A stretch of DNA of 63,703 nt, filler included, from Polymyxa betae A26-41 (lineage: Eukaryota > Protista > Endomyxa: Phytomyxea), in the NCBI GenBank assembly GCA_003693705.1. It is 4 parts of 4 records of this genome, joined end to end, with 100 filler letters (N's around TTAATTAATTAA, not from the genome) between each part and the next. Parts side by side here need not be neighbours in the genome. Positions count along the whole stretch, not along the records: positions 58,519 to 63,703 come from RBZT01000535.1; 3 more parts are not named here. One strand, given 5' to 3'. Below the pieces are notes generated by a model, which was not told where the DNA came from, made no database searches, and worked only from the letters and a program-made list of their open reading frames with translations. The position numbers were made by a program, and so were the translations under genes. The first letter of the stretch is position 1. Each line of letters begins with the position of its first letter. Positions 60,921 to 63,703 of this stretch are shown one piece after another.

Positions 60921-63703
60921 TCAGTATAATCCCGGCTCTATCTCACAGCCAGCTTTCGTTGCTTTGCGCAAAAATTTCGCCATTATTTTGCTATCTCTCC
61001 ATAGAGCGTCGTTAAAGTTTTGTATTTTAGCTGCTTTGTATTTTGCTCGATGCTTAGATAGCGAGCGTTTCAGGTTTGAGCATTTGATTAATAGGTGCTC
61101 GAGTGTTTCGCGCTTGTTTAAGCAGAATCGCCATTTATCGTCTGATTCAATGTCCGAATTCTTTAGATGGGCTTTACATCTGGTGTGACCAGTACGAGCT
61201 CTATTTAATAGAGGTCTGTTGTGTTGAATTTTTATAGATATTCTCTGGGGTCGTGTTTGCACAAGATATTTATCGATAATGAATGGATATCTCTGTGGAT
61301 AATCATTAAATTGACTCAATTTAACATTTGTCTCGAGGTATCTCTGTAGTCTAGCTCGGGTATGTTTCTTCAAATGTAAACGATATGAGCTTAGTAAAGG
61401 ATCGTGTTGGGTTGGGTCCCCAGATTGTGCGGCCTCCTTTGCTAATTCGTCGATAGTGTTGCTTTCCGGGATCGCCGGCTCTGTATGACTTGGAACGACG
61501 TGCAGTTCCACAGTGTTATTCCGGGCCAGTTTGGCAAGATTCTTTGCACAGTCCTTAACAACTGCGTGGACATATTGTCGTTTATATGGGAGTGTTGCCA
61601 GCTGTTGTAAACAGGATAGAGAGTCGCTAAAGATGTGAATTTTCTGATTCTTCGGCCGTAGCCGTTTGTAAACGTTTGCGATTCCATACTGGAGGGCAAT
61701 GATTTCTGTCTCATAGCTTGATGTAGCGTCTGGGATGAGAATTCTCTCACAGACCTCGATTGAGGAAGTAACGTTATTGGTTTCCGGGTCGATAGAGTGA
61801 GTTATGAGGTGTGTGGAACCTGTTGGGAAATCCGGGCCATACAGAATATCTTGTGGTATAATCCATCGCGCTTTATAAGCTGCACCGCAATATATCTCAT
61901 CTGTATCTTCGTCTCTAGTTAGACTACCATCTGTCCAGTGGGTTATTCCGTCGCATTCTGGAATTAATGTTCCAGCTTTGTATTTGTTCAGAGCTTCTTC
62001 CTTTGTACTCAAATGAAAGATGCATTGACTCATATCCTCGAGTAATATTGTGGGAATGATCTCCTGTGTATGAATGTGTATCTGTCCGTTTTCGATGTAT
62101 TGTTTAGGGATGCGATAATCAAGAGCGGCTTGAGCTATTCCAAACGGGGTCCAGTTCTCTCCATAACCGTCTTAAATTTCGAAATCTTTCTCTATCAAAT
62201 TGCTACGCGAAATGGCTGTAAGAATCGCCATGGTTGTGTCTGTTCTAATTTTATCGGTTAATAGAGGGAATTTGGACATTGAATGCAGTAGGGATATGGG
62301 AGTTGATTTCATGCAGCCAGTATACGTTCTCATATATTCATTATAAGCAGATTGTAAGGGCTTCATAATGGCTGTATTGTGCATTTCAGCCCCAATCCAT
62401 GTTGTGTAATAGTTGAGTTTGCCTCCTATGAAAGAGTGACATAATTGTTGAAAAATCTTTTTGCTAATCCGGTATTTGCGCAACGCTTTGAGCGCTGCAC
62501 ATCGTTTGATAATTTCTTGTGCAGGTTTGTGTAACGTTATTTGAAATGTGGAGTGTGACTGGACCTTGTTTGCAATCAGTTCGGCTCCCAAATATTTGAT
62601 CGATTCCGCAGTTTTGATTGTATTTGTGGATGTTGTGACATTATCTGATGGATGACTTTCATTGAATAGTACGTATGTTTTATCTGTGTTTATCTTAATT
62701 TTGTTTCGATGGCACCAAGATTCCATGCTTTCTAACTGCAGTTTTAATCCATTTGTAACTTCGTCTTTTGTAGTCGCTGAGACCCAGCCTACTGTATCAT
62801 CTACGTAAATATTGGAGTTGCTTTCTGGAAGAGGCATGTCATAGACAAAAATTAGCCACAGTAAAACGCTTAAGCTGGATCCTTGAGGGATTCCATTTTG
62901 TTGCTGCCTGATTTTAGTTGTATAGCTTTGTGTGCAACTGTGAATGTTCTATCGCTTAACCAATCATAGATAATCATGGTTAATTGAGGTGGAATTCCCA
63001 AATTGATCATTTTTTGAACTAAAATATGTTTCGGGACTCGATCATATGCTTTCGTGAAATCAAAGAAAATGCATTCCAAATTGTTCGTTGCTGGCTGCAC
63101 TGGTGCCACAGTAATGCATTAAACATATGAGAGCATGCGATGTTGAATGACCAGTTCGGCAGCCAAACTGATTGGGAGGAAGTTTATGCTGGATGATATT
63201 TCTGATTCGATTCTGTATTATGTACTCGGTAAGCTTTGATATGCTGTCTAGACTAATCGGTCGGAATTCTCCCGGTTTGGGTTTCGGCAGGGCGACGATA
63301 CGGGCCGTTTTGAGATCTTTCGGATATGTTCCTATTTCTAAAATCTGATGATTAATCGCATTGTGCAAGAGTTGGAAGAAGGATTCGTTCTGGCAAACAG
63401 TTTTTTAAATTCTGTTCGAGATTCTATTCGGACCTGGTGCAGATCGGTTATTTGCGCATTTCAACGCCTGTCGTATCTCTCTCTTAGTAATTGGGGCCAT
63501 AGGCTCTCTGTGTATTCCCTGCGACAAATATGCCAGATTTTCATGAAGTTTTTGCTGTTCGTATTCATCAGGTGTTAAGTCTTTTTGATCGAAAATGGCT
63601 TCAAACTGATCAGCGATCTGTTCAGCAGTTTCTTTGATATCTGTGGTCAAGTTTTGTGCCTTTTGAGCCTTTTTATTAAGTGACGGGTCAATTTGTTTAA
63701 TGA
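60921..63703 (-). mobile_element. Non-LTR retrotransposon (I/ingi/Tad1-type) ORF2: RT, RNase H and C-terminal zinc-knuckle remnant, frameshifted, running off the window
   Basis: SAPGPNRI; ALPKPKP..FRPISL; QFGCRTGHST; FFDFTKAYDRV; GIPQGSSLS; IYVDD; IKYLG; RNase H WTDGS/SYETE/IFSDS/VPSH/NTIDELAK; RARTGH..ETLEHLLIKC. Confidence 0.93.

Overview
Eukaryotic, repeat-saturated window, judged from short GT-AG introns of about 35-60 nt. It most likely comes from a microbial eukaryote (protist or fungus-like); the species cannot be fixed from the sequence. The window is built from four contigs joined by artificial N44-TTAATTAATTAA-N44 spacers (30337-30436, 53978-54077, 58419-58518), so adjacency across those spacers has no biological meaning. 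Almost all content is decayed transposable elements. LTR retrotransposons: a complete Tf1/sushi-type chromoviral Ty3/gypsy element (7813-12807) nested inside a Ty1/copia element, two further copia copies/fragments, and several other gypsy copies. DNA transposons: a two-gene PIF/Harbinger, two tandem CACTA/EnSpm-like transposase pseudogenes separated by a ~310-bp satellite, a full-length hAT with 8-bp TSD, a pogo with 26-bp TIRs, a DD34E IS630/Tc1 with a convergent partner ORF, and MULE, hAT and Zator-like relics. There is also an RNase H-bearing LINE. Two non-TE items stand out. (i) A GC-richer, intronless, tightly packed island at 57063-58418 encodes the C-terminus of a very divergent multisubunit RNA polymerase second subunit (Rpb2/beta) plus a NADAR-like gene, and is a candidate endogenous large DNA virus fragment fused to a gypsy gag. 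(ii) A spliced JmjC-type dioxygenase pseudogene lies at 46.6-47.9 kb. All calls are motif-based by eye; no searches were run.
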